Shown here: piece after piece, positions 13,746 to 25,879 of the stretch
Layout: every line of letters starts with the position of its first letter
How positions within the stretch are numbered: position 1 is the stretch's first letter
Assembly: GCF_006345805.1 (NCBI RefSeq)
Contig: NC_043002.1
Location: forward strand, 92,132,001-92,196,000
Source of the DNA: Octopus sinensis
Lineage: Eukaryota
Reading direction: 5' to 3'
Length of the DNA stretch: 64,000 bases
The notes under the pieces: model-generated
What the model was told of the DNA's origin: nothing
Database searches by the model: none
What the model saw: the letters and a program-made list of their open reading frames with translations, nothing else
Translations under genes and position numbers: made by a program

Positions 13746-14369
13746 TCATCGAGGAAAGGAGGGATCGGCTGCTGGGATTTATAGGCTGCCGGGTTCAAAA
13801 TTGAAACTGGTACCTCCCATTACCTTTCACTGTACATAACTGTTTAAAATAAAGAATTAATAATAAAAAAAAAGAAATGAAAAGAAAACATACGCACTAA
13901 AAGTTCTCGTGATAAAGGCAAAAGTAAGCCAAGGTTTCGTTTCAAGGCAAAGTAAGCCAAGTTTTCGTTCAAGTGACATAAAATTTTAATTTTGTAATTT
14001 TTTAAATTTCATTCGAACTCGCATAGCATTTTTGTAACTGTTTTGTCCTGTAATGTATCCATTCTATGTTAGATCTATTGATCATAATAAAGAAAATTTC
14101 ATCGCTACCTGGTGTTTTTTGAATTTTTCCTCGGCGTATACCAATATTTTTCTGTTGCTGCAAATCGTTGTGTGAGTTCGTTTCCGTTTGTCTACTCTGT
14201 CGTGTTACAAGTAATATCATTGTTGAACTGTTTTTGACCCAGTAATTTTCGCCCTTCGGGGTGATAGAAAATTTTTGTGTGCGTTTTGTGTGAACTCTTA
14301 ACCTGTATAGGTTATTTTTGGAAAAAAAAAAATTCTCTTGTCATTTGTGACAAGTTTGTGTTGTCTAAT

Positions 14370-15878
14370 ATGGAATTAGACTTAAGTTCAAAAAAAGACT
14401 TTCCCGAGATGGGAGAAAGTATAACAACTGTTAAACAAAAGGAAACACAGACAAAACCCAGTTTTTCAGACGCCGTAGGTGGCGAAGTCGAAGAAATGGA
14501 GGTATCAATGGAAAGATTATTCAAGTTTAGATCGCTGGTGCAAAAAAGTGGTGCGAAGAAACACGATTGGTACCGCCCCCCGAAAACTACAAGCAATAAA
14601 GGAAAAAATGGTCACCTACAGGGTGTACAATATCAAGGAAAAACGAATGACCGACGTGAAAAACGAAATGGTCGAAAAGTGTATGGCTCCAATATGGAGT
14701 AAAGTTAGTCATGTCAACCGAGGTGCAAGAAGCGCTACAGTGGAGGCGCATTTTGAAACGGCGGAAGTAGCAAGGCAAATTTCGACACAAACGTTGAAAA
14801 ACGAGAGTATAATACTGCTACCCTTATATTTAGGATGCAGAACCGCAAAAGTGACCCTAGAAGATATACCAAGGGGCTACGACGTGATGTGGGCGGCAAC
14901 AGCGGTCATTTTTGATGTTGAATCAAAATTGACAATTTTAAGTATGAAGAGAAAAATTGCAAAACACTGGAGAGGCCAGCAGCTGGAGATGATAATCCAG
15001 GCGGAAAATGCGACGTTGGAAAGCCTACCAGACAGAGTCTTCGTGGGGGAGGGGCACTCCATACGAGTTTCGGTGGAAGGACGCAGGCCCAGATGTTTTA
15101 AGTGCGGGCAAAAGGGCCACGTTCGCTCCGTTTGCACAAAAAAAAATAATGCGGGCAACGCCCCCCCACAAAACGCTGTGAAGAACGCAGAAAGCAGCAA
15201 AGTGGAGAAAAAAGTAACGGCTGGCGAAAACAAGGAGGAAAAAATAAACAGGTCGAACTCCAAAAAGGAGGAAGACAAGAACGAAATGCAAAATGAGAAA
15301 GGAAAGGATGAGGAAAATAATGCAACAAAAACAAATAAACAAGAAGACATGGAATTTACGAACGTGTCCAACAAAAGGAAAAAATCCATCACCCCTGACT
15401 CCCCACCCGTATCAAAAAAAAAAACAACGCAGACGAACAAATTAAAAATATTCTCCAATCCACCCCGGCGGTACTACACTTATAGGCCAGCACTTTAACA
15501 AACCCCACCCCCCAACTGTAAAAGGGTTTAAACCCAACGAAAAAATTATTGCATACACCACAAAGAACGTGAGAGTAGAAACATGGGTGAAAGCAAGTAC
15601 GCTGATCAGTGTGCTACAAAGCGACCGAGAAGGAAGCGGAGTGGCGATATGGAAGGGTCGGCGAAGAAGGATGGAAAGACAAAACCTTACAAAGCCACGT
15701 AAAAGCCGGCTTCATTAAGGATGTCACCCAGGAGGTGACAACTGGGAAATTACCCGTTAGCCCGGCAGCCACACCAACCCAGAGCCCGGTGGCAACGCCG
15801 GTGAAACACCCAGCAGCAACGGCGAGTGGGGGGGAGACAGGCAGAAAGAATCTGTCAGGCTCCCTCTCGCAACCGTGA
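14370..15878 (+). CDS. ORF1, copy 2, frameshifted as given
   Basis: Same protein as copy 1, split over ORF-track pieces 14277-14702, 14479-15498 and 15609-15878. Confidence 0.85.
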
Positions 15879-15901
15879 GTAAATAATTTTCTTTTTTCTC
15901 G

Positions 15902-18900
15902 ATGATTAAGTTAGGTTGTATAAATGTGCGTGGAATGGGATCGAAATGGAAACAGGCTTGTTTTCGTGACGACCTCATTTCACATAGAATCGAAGTAGCT
16001 ATTGTTACCGAGTCCAAGATGAAGGGACCCCAAGCGTTCTCACCACTTCTCAATGGTTACGAGAAATTTATTTCTCCTAGCCGAGGGGGAGGTGCAGGCG
16101 TGGCAGTTCTTTTCAGGAAGAACTTGGACTTACAGGTAAGTACTGTCTTTTTGGACCCAGAAGGTAGGCTGGTTGTCCTAGATGTGACGCACGTGAGTAA
16201 GCAGTCCTTCAGGTTGGTGGCTGTCTACGCTCCTAACGGACGTGGGCAGACCGGTTTTTATCGGGAACTGGAGCACTTTCTAGTGACGTCCAAAACGGTA
16301 GTCTTGGTAGGGGATTTCAACACCATTCTCGATGCGCGGGTGGATGGTGTAGGCTCGAGCGATAGGAAGGGGAATCCTGGCCTCAAGGCTCTACTAGCGA
16401 GCTTTAATCTAGTAGACCGTTTTCGACTGGATGAGCCGAACGTTCCACAGTGGACGTGGAGTAATAACGACGGCTCACTCAGATCGTACATAGATAGAGT
16501 ATTTGTTAAGGAACGAGATAGGAATAGTGTTAGCTGTCCACAATTCTCTGTTGTGCCTTACACGGATCACAAACTTGTAACGTGTGAGGTACATGTAGAT
16601 AAATGCCATAGACAAGGTCCCGGGTACTGGAAGATGAACAAGTCTATTTTGACCTGTGAAGCTTTCCGTACCCGGATTAAGGAATTAGTACAGAGGGCAT
16701 TATGTGGCACCATCATTAATAATAGATGGTGGCTCGCCCTCAAAAGAGCCATCCGTTGGAGTCCATTAGATTTAGCAAGCAGCTAAGTTTAGATAGGACT
16801 AGAATAGAGGGCGAATTAGTTAAGAACTTAGACGAGGCTATGGAATCTGGCTGTGCATCCGGAGTGTTGGCAGCGAGAGCGGTATTGTACCGTCACCTCA
16901 ACGCCAAGCACGAGGGGTGTAGAGTCAGAGCTAAGTTACGTGCAGGAAAACGAGAAGGTATTAACGTTGCCGGATGGGCCCGTCGTGAGGAGAGTCAGAA
17001 GGGCAAAAAGTCCTGTATTATGTCCTTAACTGACGAGCAGGACCGCAAGATCTATGGACAGGAGGAGATGCAGAAGGTCCTTCACCAGCATTTCGCACGG
17101 CTGTTTGGGGGCGGTGGCCCGCTCGAGCGTGGGGAGACCTTAAAGGACTTCCTAGCTGGTGGGCCTCGGCTCTCGGCAGGTGAGGCGGAGTGCTGTGAAG
17201 GATCGATCTCCGCCCGCAGGTAAGAGGGGCTATGGCCGAGTGCGCCGGGGAAAAGTCACCGGGATTGGATGGTCTACCCTATGAATTTTATTGTTGTATG
17301 CCGGACTTGTTCGGGGACATACTGGCAAGCGTCTATGCAAACTGGCAACAGAATGGAGGATTCCCAGCTCTGTGAGTCGGGGAGTTGTGACGCTGGTCCA
17401 GAAAGACCCGAGCAAGGGGGACAGTATTAGTAATTACAGGCCCATAACTCTACTTAATGTAGAGTTTAAGATTTTGGCCAAGGTGTTAGCAAAAAGGTTG
17501 ACGGCTGTCGTGAAGAAACTTGTCGGGAAGGCACAGACATGTGCAATCCCAGGCAGGTCGATCCAGGATAATCTTCACCTTCTCCGCTACACTATAGATA
17601 GGGTCGGGAAATTAGACGGCAAAGGAGGGGCATTGGTCCATTTAGACCAAAGTAAAGCGTTTGATAGGGTGGACCATCGGTACTTGGCGGCGGTTCTCGA
17701 AGCGGCTGGGCTGGGCCCTGGCTTCTGCGGGTGGATCTCAGCTATGTACAGCGGCATCAAGTCCACAGTCCAGATAAACGGTTACCTAACGGAGCCGTTT
17801 TCGATCAAGCGTTCAGTTCGACAAGGGTGCCCCTTGTCCCCGCTCCTGTATGTTTTGGCTCTTGAGCCATTGCTGCGGAAGCTGGAGAAGTTGGGAGGCA
17901 ACCCTAATGAAATCGGATGCGGTAAGTCTGTTTCTGCCTATGCGGATGACGTCACCCTCATCGTGTCCAACGGAACACAGCTACCTCGGGTAGTAGGTGC
18001 TCTCCATAGATACGAAGCGGTGGCAGGGGCAAAAGTTAACAGGGACAAGTCCATCGGTTTGCGCCTCGGCACCTGGAGGAACAAGCAGATACCGTCCAGT
18101 GTTGTTGGACACTGGACGGATGGTCCTGTTAAATTGCTCGGAGTATGGTTTGGTCCAGACTCCCAGACGGAGAAGAATTGGAGCGAGGTAACGAGCAAGG
18201 TGGATGCCATAGTACGGAAGTGGTCCGGAAGGCATCTTTCCTTGAAAGGGAGGGCGGAGGTGGCACAGATGTTTAGACCGTCTTTCCTTACCCGTGCCTC
18301 TTTGTGGAAAAGGTGGGAAACAGTTGTGAACGAACGCTTGTGGAAGGTGTTGCGCCAGGAAACCGTGCGAACGCTAAAGGGTGGACTGGGGATGCCTTGG
18401 CTAATGATGCGCAAGCATACGTTGAGGCTGAGACACCTCTGGTGTTACCTGGAGGATGATAAGGTGTGGAGTTCGCTGGCAGAGGAATTCTTCCCGCGAC
18501 CGGCCTCTATGGAGGGATTTACACCCGGTCTCATTAAAGGACGTAAACTGACTTCATGGCAGAAGGAGTGCCGACAGGCACTCTGGCTGATCCACAAGAT
18601 GGGTAAGGCCGGCAGCGGGAATACCACCTCGGTGTTCTATAAAGGGCTGGTAGGAGGAAAAAATGACGACGTCCTAGGAAGGGCTCTGGGGTTCGATGAG
18701 GATCAACTCTCCAACCTGTTTAAGAAGACTTTCAGGCCGGGGTATTTGGATAATTACCAAAAATCCCTGACCTGGCAGTGCTATAGGAATGCATTACCTG
18801 TTCGCGAGAAGTTATCCAGGCACGGAATGTCAGTGCCACCGACGTGTCCAAGATGTGGGTTGGACGATGAAACCGTTCAACACGCTTTTGTACAATGTCG

Positions 18901-19246
18901 GGAGCTGTCAGGCTTGATAAGTTACGTGGAACACGTGTTGTCGCATCTGGGACGAGTACAGCTGTCGGCTGGATCTATGATTAAGATGATACCGCCAACT
19001 GGACTCTCAAAGGAAGGTAAGGCTTGTTTTTACTGTACGGTGGCAGTATTGAAAGAGTGTGTATGGAGAACTAGAGTGGAAGGTCTAGTGAAAGGGTCCT
19101 TTATCTCTGGCCCCGGTTTGTTAAAATACTTCGGATATCATCTGAAGAGCAAGATGGGTTGGGAGAGAGAGGAGCCTGCACAGAAAGAGTATATGGAACG
19201 TTGGAAGGATGTGATGAGAAAGGTGGGTGAGAGTAGCCCAGCTTAA
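15902..19246 (+). CDS. ORF2, copy 2, frameshifted as given
   Basis: Pieces 15902-16786 (APE), 16726-17223 and 17291-19246 (RT with YADD plus CCHC). Confidence 0.92.
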
Positions 19247-19868
19247 TCATCGAGGAAAGGAGGGATCGGCTGCTGGGATTTATAGGCTGCCGGGTTCAAA
19301 ATTGAAACTGGTACCTCCCATTACCTTTCACTGTACATAACTGTTTAAAATAAAGAATTAATAATAAAAAAACAGAAATGAAAAGAAAACATACGCACTA
19401 AAAGTTCTCGTGATAAAGGCAAAAGTAAGCCAAGGTTTCGTTTCAAGGCAAAGTAAGCCAAGTTTTCGTTCAAGTGACATAAAATTTTAATTTTGTAATT
19501 TTTTAAATTTCATTCGAACTCGCATAGCATTTTTGTAACTGTTTTGTCCTGTAATGTATCCATTCTATGTTAGATCTATTGATCATAATAAAGAAAATTT
19601 CATCGCTACCTGGTGTTTTTTGAATTTTTCCTCGGCGTATACCAATATTTTTCTGTTGCTGCAAATCGTTGTGTGAGTCGTTTTCCGTTTGTCTACTCTG
19701 TCGTGTTACAAGTAATATCATTGTTGAACTGTTTTTGACCCAGTAATTTTCGCCCTTCGGGGTAGAAAATTTCTGTGTGCTGTTTTGTGTGAACTCTTAA
19801 CCTGTATAGGTTATTTTTGGAAAAAAAAAAATTCTCTTGTCATTTGTGACAAGTTTGTGTTGTCTAAT

Positions 19869-21374
19869 ATGGAATTAGACTTAAGTTCAAAAAAGACTTT
19901 CCCGAGATGGGAGAAAGTATAAACACTGTTAAAAAAAGGAAACACAGACAAAACCCAGTTTTTCAGACGCCGTAGGTGGCGAAGTCGAAGAAATGGAGGT
20001 ATCAATGGAAAGATTATTCAAGTTTAGATCGCTGGTGCAAAAAAGTGGTGAAGAAGAAACACGATTGGTACCGCCCCCCGAAACTATACAAGCAATAAAG
20101 GAAAAAATGGTCACCTACAGGTGTACAATATCAAGGAAAAACGAATGACCGACGTGAAAAACGAAATGGTCGAAAAGTGTATGGCTCCAATATGGAGTAA
20201 AGTTAGTCCTGTCAACCGAGGTGCAAGAAGCGCTACAGTGGAGGCGCATTTTGAAACGGCGGAAGTAGTAGCAAGGCAAATTTCGACACAAACGTTGAAA
20301 AACGAGAGTATAATACTGCTACCCTTATATTAGGATGCAGAACCGCAAAAGTGACCCTAGAAGATATACCAAGGGGCTACGACGTGATGTGGGCGGCAAC
20401 AGCGGTCATTTTTGATGTTGAATCAAAATTGACAATTTTAAGTATGAAGAGAAAAATTGCAAAACACTGGAGAGGCCAGCAGCTGGAGATGATAATCCAG
20501 GCGGAAAATGCGACGTTGGAAAGCCTACCAGACAGAGTCTTCGTGGGGGAGGGGCACTCCATACGAGTTTCGGTGGAAAGACGCAGGCCCAGATGTTTAA
20601 GTGCGGGCCAAAGGGGCCACGTTCGCTCCGTTTGCACAAAAAAAAATAATGCGGGCAACGCCCCCCCACAAAACGCTGTGAAGAACGCAGAAAGCAGCAA
20701 AGTGGAGAAAAAAGTAACGGCTGGCGAAAACAAGGAGGAAAAATAAACAGGTCGAACTCCAAAAAGGAGGAAGACAAGAACGAAATGCAAAAGATGAGAA
20801 AGGAAAGGATGAGGAAAATAATGCAACAAAACAAATAAACAAGAAGACATGGAATTTACGAACGTGTCCAACAAAAGGAAAAAATCCATCACCCCTGACT
20901 CCCCACCCGTATCAAAAAAAAAAACAACGCAGACGAACAAATTAAAATATTCTCCAATCCCACCCCGGCGGTACTACACTTATAGGCCAGCACTTTAACA
21001 AACCCCACCCCCCAACTGTAAAAGGGTTTAAACCCAACGAAAAAATTATTGCATAACCACAAAGAACGTGAGAGTAGAAACATGGGTGAAAGCAAGTACG
21101 CTGATCAGGTGCTACAAAGCGACCGAGAAGGAAGCGGAGTGGCGATATGGAAGGGTCGGCGAAGAAGGATGGAAAGACAAAACCTTACAAAGCCACGTAA
21201 AAGCCGGCTTCATTAAGGATGTCACCCAGGAGGTGACAACTGGGGAATTACCCGTTAGCCCGGCAGCCACACCAACCCAGAGCCCGGTGGCAACGCCGGT
21301 GAACACCCAGCAGCAACGGCGAGTGGGGGGGAGACAGGCAGAAAGAATCTGTCAGCTCCCTCTCGCAACCGTGA
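19869..21374 (+). CDS. ORF1, copy 3, frameshifted as given
   Basis: Same sequence as copies 1 and 2 with several small indels. Confidence 0.8.
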
Positions 21375-21397
21375 GTAAATAATTTTCTTTTTTCTCG

Positions 21398-24300
21398 ATG
21401 ATTAAGTTAGGTTGTATAAATGTGCGTGGAATGGGATCGAAATGGAAACAGGCTTGTTTTCGTGACGACCTCATTTCACATAGAATCGAAGTAGCTATTG
21501 TTACCGAGTCCAAGATGAAGGGACCCCAAGCGTTCTCACCACTTCTCAATGGTTACGAGAAATTTATTTCTCCTAGCCGAGGGGGAGGTGCAGGCGTGGC
21601 AGTTCTTTTAAGGAAGAACTTGGACTTACAGGTAAGTACTGTCTTTTTGGACCTAGAAGGTAGGCTGGTTGTCCTAGATGTGACGCACGTGAGTAAGCAG
21701 TCCTTCAGGTTGGTGGCTGTCTACGCTCCTAACGGACGTGGGCAGACCGGTTTTTATCGGGAACTGGAGCACTTTCTAGTGACGTCCAAAACGGTAGTCT
21801 TGGTAGGGGATTTCAACACCATTCTCGATGCGCGGGTGGATGGTGTAGGCTCGAGCGATAGGAAGGGGAATCCTGGCCTCAAGGCTCTACTAGCGAGCTT
21901 TAATCTAGTAGACCGTTTTCGACTGGATGAGCCGAACGTTCCACAGTGACGTGGAGTAATAACGACGGCTCACTCAGATCGTACATAGATAGAGTATTTG
22001 TTAAGGAACGAGATAGGAATAGTGTTAGCTGTCCACAATTCTCTGTTGTGCCTTACACGGATCACAAACTTGTAACGTGTGAGGTACATGTAGATAAATG
22101 CCATAGACAAAGGTCCCGGGTACTGGAAGATGAACAAGTCTATTTTGACCTGTGAAGCTTTCCGTACCCGGATTAAGGAATTAGTACAGAGGGCATTATG
22201 TGGCACCATCATTAATAATAGATGGTGGCTCGCCCTCAAAAGAGCCATCCGTTTGGAGTCCATTAGATTTAGCAAGCAGCTAAGTTTAGATAGGACTAGA
22301 ATAGAGGGCGAATTAGTTAAGAACTTAGACGAGGCTATGGAATCTGGCTGCTGTGCATCCGGAGTGTTGGCAGCGAGAGCGGTATTGTACCGTCACCTCA
22401 ACGCCAAGCACGAGGGGTGTAGAGTCAGAGCTAAGTTACGTGCAGGAAAACGAGAAGGTATTAACGTTGCCGGATGGGCCCGTCGTGAGGAGAGTCAGAA
22501 GGGCAAAAAGTCCTGTATTATGTCCTTAACTGACGAGTAGGACCGCAAGATCTATGGACAGGAGGAGATGCAGAAGGTCCTTCACCAGCATTTCGCACGG
22601 CTGTTTGGGGCGGTGGCCCGCTCGAGCGTGGGGAGACCTTAAAGACTTCCTAGCTGGTGGGCCTCGGCTCTCGGCAGGTGAGGCGGAGTGCTGTGAAGAT
22701 CGATCTCTCCCGCAGAGGTAAGAGGGGCTATGGCCGAGTGCGCCGGGGAAAAGTCACGGGATTGGATGGTCTACCCTATGAATTTTATTGTTGTATGCCG
22801 GACTTGTTCGGGGACATACTGGCAAGCGTCTATGCAAACTGGCAACAGAATGGGAGAATTCCCAGCTCTGTGAGTCGGGGAGTTGTGACGCTGGTCCAGA
22901 AAGACCCGAGCAAGGGGGACAGTATTAGTAATTACAGGCCCATAACTCTACTTAATGTAGAGTTTAAGATTTTGGCCAAGGTGTTAGCAAAAGGTTGACG
23001 GCTGTCGTGAAGAAACTTGTCGGGAAGGCACAGACATGTGCAATCCCAGGCAGGTCGATCCAGGATAATCTTCACCTTCTCCGCTACACTATAGATAGGG
23101 TCGGGAAATTAGACGGCAAAGGAGGGGCATTGGTCCATTTAGACCAAAGTAAAGCGTTGATAGGGTGGACCATCGGTACTTGGCGGCGGTTCTCGAAGCG
23201 GCTGGGCTGGGCCCTGGCTTCTGCGGGTGGATCTCAGCTATGTACAGCGGCATCAAGTCCACAGTCCAGATAAACGGTTACCTAACGGAGCCGTTTTCGA
23301 TCAAGCGTTCAGTTCGACAAGGGTGCCCCTTGTCCCCGCTCCTGTATGTTTTGGCTCTTGAGCCATTGCTGCGGAAGCTGGAGAAGTTGGGAGGCAAACC
23401 TAATGAAATCGGATGCGGTAAGTCTGTTTCTGCCTATGCGGATGACGTCACCCTCATCGTGTCCAACGGAACACAGCTACCTCGGGTAGTAGGTGCTCTC
23501 CATAGATACGAAGCGGTGGCAGGGGCAAAAGTTAACAGGGACAAGTCCATCGGTTTGCGCCTCGGCACCTGGAGGAACAAGCAGATACCGTCCAGTGTTG
23601 TTGGACACTGGACGGATGGTCCTGTTAAATTGCTCGGAGTATGGTTTGGTCCAGACTCCCAGACGGAGAAGAATTGGAGCGAGGTAACGAGCAAGGTGGA
23701 TGCCATAGTACGGAAGTGGTCCGGAAGGCATCTTTCCTTGAAAGGGGAGGCGGAGGTGGCACAGATTGTTTAGCCTCTGTCGTCACCTACCGCCTGACCG
23801 TCGTGCCTTGCCCCGATTCGTGGTTAAACAAGTTGGAACGACTTCTTTTCCGCTTTTTGTGGAAAGGAGGAAAGCCACTTGTGAGACGCTCCGTGTGTTG
23901 CCAGGAACCGCTAAAGGGTGGACTGGGGATGCCTTGGCTAATGATGCGCAAGCATACGTTGAGGCTGAGACACCTCTGGTGTTACCTGGAGGATGATAAG
24001 GTGTGGAGTTCGCTGGCAGAGGAATTCTTCCCGCGACCGGCCTCTATGGAGGGATTTACACCCGGTCTCATTAAAGGACGTAAACTGACTTCATGGCAGA
24101 AGGAGTGCCGACAGGCACTCTGGCTGATCCACAAGATGGGTAAGGCCGGCAGCGGGAATACCACCTCGGTGTTCTATAAAGGGCTGGTAGGAGGAAAAAA
24201 TGACGACGTCCTAGGAAGGGCTCTGGGGTTCGATGAGGATCAACTCTCCACCTGTTTAAGAAGACTTTCAGGCCGGGGTATTTGGATAATTACCAAAAAT

Positions 24301-24783
24301 CCCTGACCTGGCAGTGCTATAGGAATGCATTACCTGTTCGCGAGAAGTTATCCAGGCACGGAATGTCAGTGCCACCGACGTGTCCAAGATGTGGGTTGGA
24401 CGATGAAACCGTTCAACACGCTTTTGTACAATGTCGGGAGCTGTCAGGCTTGATAAGTTACGTGGAACACGTGTTGTCGCATCTGGGACGAGTACAGCTG
24501 TCGGCTGGATCTATGATTAAGATGATACCGCCAACTGGACTCTCAAAGGAAGGTAAGGCTTGTTTTTACTGTACGGTGGCAGTATTGAAAGAGTGTGTAT
24601 GGGAACTAGAGTGGAAGGTCTAGTGAAAGGGTCCTTTATCTCTGGCCCCGGTTTGTTAAAATACTTCGGATATCATCTGAAGAGCAAGATGGGGTTGGAG
24701 AAGAGGAGCCTGCCACAGAAAGAGAGTATATGGAACGTTGGAAGGATGTGATGAGAAAGGTGGGTGAGAGTAGCCCAGCTTAA
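21398..24783 (+). CDS. ORF2, copy 3, multiply frameshifted, CAG>TAG at 22538-22540
   Basis: APE, RT (YADD) and CCHC motifs spread over several ORF-track fragments. Confidence 0.85.
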
Positions 24784-25157
24784 TCATCGAGGAAAGGAGG
24801 GATCGGCTGCTGGGATTTATAGGCTGCCGGGTTCAAAATTGAAACTGGTACCTCCCATTACCTTTCACTGTACATAACTGTTTAAAATAAAGAATTAATA
24901 ATAAAAAAACAGAAATGAAAAGAAAACATACGCACTAAAAGTTCTCGTGATAAAGGCAAAAGTAAGCCAAGGTTTCGTTTCAAGGCAAAGTAAGCCAAGT
25001 TTTCGTTCAAGTGACATAAAATTTTAATTTTGTAATTTTTTAAATTTCATTCGAACTCGCATAGCATTTTTGTAACTGTTTTGTCCTGTAATGTATCCAT
25101 TCTATGTTAGATCTATTGATCATAATAAAGAAAATTTCATCGCTACCTGGTGGTTAC

Positions 25158-25200
25158 CGCCCGTTGACGAGGGACAACAATCCCGAAACTAGTTCGAGCG
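25158..25200 (+). ncRNA. Minimal type I hammerhead ribozyme motif (U3 variant)
   Basis: CGCCCG | UUGACGA | GGGA-caacaa-UCCC | GAAA | C-UA-G | UU^ | CGAGCG. Stem I has 5 of 6 pairs, stem II 4 bp, stem III is palindromic and minimal. Predicted cut after 25194. Confidence 0.75.
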
Positions 25201-25879
25201 TATCACTCAGGCTTGCGAGGAAGGGATGGCCTCCCTTTGCAAATACTCCAAGGACACAGATATTGTGTCTAGAGCCAGCTAGAGACGAAGATCTCTTGGG
25301 GCTATAAAGCTACAGTAACACCCCCTCCCCAATGTGGTTAGCCATGATAAGATGGCTTCTATACATTACATTATCGAGCGATTACTGTTTCAATCTCATT
25401 CTGAGATTTAATTAGACTTAAAATGCCTTCTCATTAATAAAGAGATGGTAGTGAAAAATAAGTCGCTAATATTTGGGGGGGGGAGTATGCCGGTGAGCTG
25501 GCAGAATCGTTAGCACACTGGCAAAATGCTTAGCGGCGTTTCGTTCGTCTTGCCCTTCTGTGTTCGAATTCCGCTAAACTCAACTTTGTTTTTCATCTTT
25601 TTATGGTCGATGAAATAAGTACCTATTGAACCGTGAGGTCGATGAAGTCGACTTACTCCGCTGGCCCTAAATTGCTGACCTTGAGCCAAAATTTGGAACC
25701 AATATTTTGAGGGAGGAGGCTGGTGTTTGTCATCTTGAGAAACATTGGATTAGACGATTAAATCTACTTCGGTACTTGATCGGTTCTTAAATTTATCAGC
25801 GGGATGTGAAATCTGAAAGTATGATAAGATCAAATATAAGATCTGACACGTTAACGATTCTGTTAATCTATTATGGAAT

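Larger units (their letters stand above)
8566..14096 (+). mobile_element. Tx1/L1-clade non-LTR retrotransposon, full-length copy 1
   Basis: Two-ORF LINE: ORF1 with a CCHC knuckle, ORF2 with APE endonuclease, RT and C-terminal CCHC. Ends in AATAAAGAAAA. Bounded by the 18-bp repeat at 8548-8565 and 14097-14114. Confidence 0.95.
14115..19597 (+). mobile_element. Tx1/L1-clade non-LTR retrotransposon, full-length copy 2
   Basis: Near-identical to copy 1 with the same 5' (TTTTTTGAATTTTTCCTCGGCG) and 3' ends. Bounded by the 18-bp repeat at 14097-14114 and 19598-19615. Confidence 0.95.
19616..25134 (+). mobile_element. Tx1/L1-clade non-LTR retrotransposon, full-length copy 3
   Basis: Near-identical to copies 1 and 2. 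Bounded by the 18-bp repeat at 19598-19615 and 25135-25152. Confidence 0.95.
8314..25414 (+). mobile_element. Retrozyme-like repeat (~1.4 x 357-nt monomer) interrupted by the Tx1 array
   Basis: 157-bp direct repeats at 8314-8470 and 25258-25414 (one mismatch). Period is 357 nt after removing the 16587-bp insertion. Contains a hammerhead motif. Possible own TSD ACTTAAAA at 8307-8314 and 25416-25423. Confidence 0.75.

Noticed and set aside
18272-18372. Apparently novel peptide segment in ORF2 of copy 2
   Set aside because: A scrambled, shortened version of 12729-12875 and 23768-23912; most likely a low-quality consensus region.
8314-25414. 157-bp direct repeats read as LTRs of an LTR retrotransposon or TRIM
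   Set aside because: No TG...CA termini, PBS or polypurine tract. The enclosed ORFs are APE-RT LINE ORFs with their own TSDs, and the repeats are explained as terminal redundancy of a 357-nt unit.
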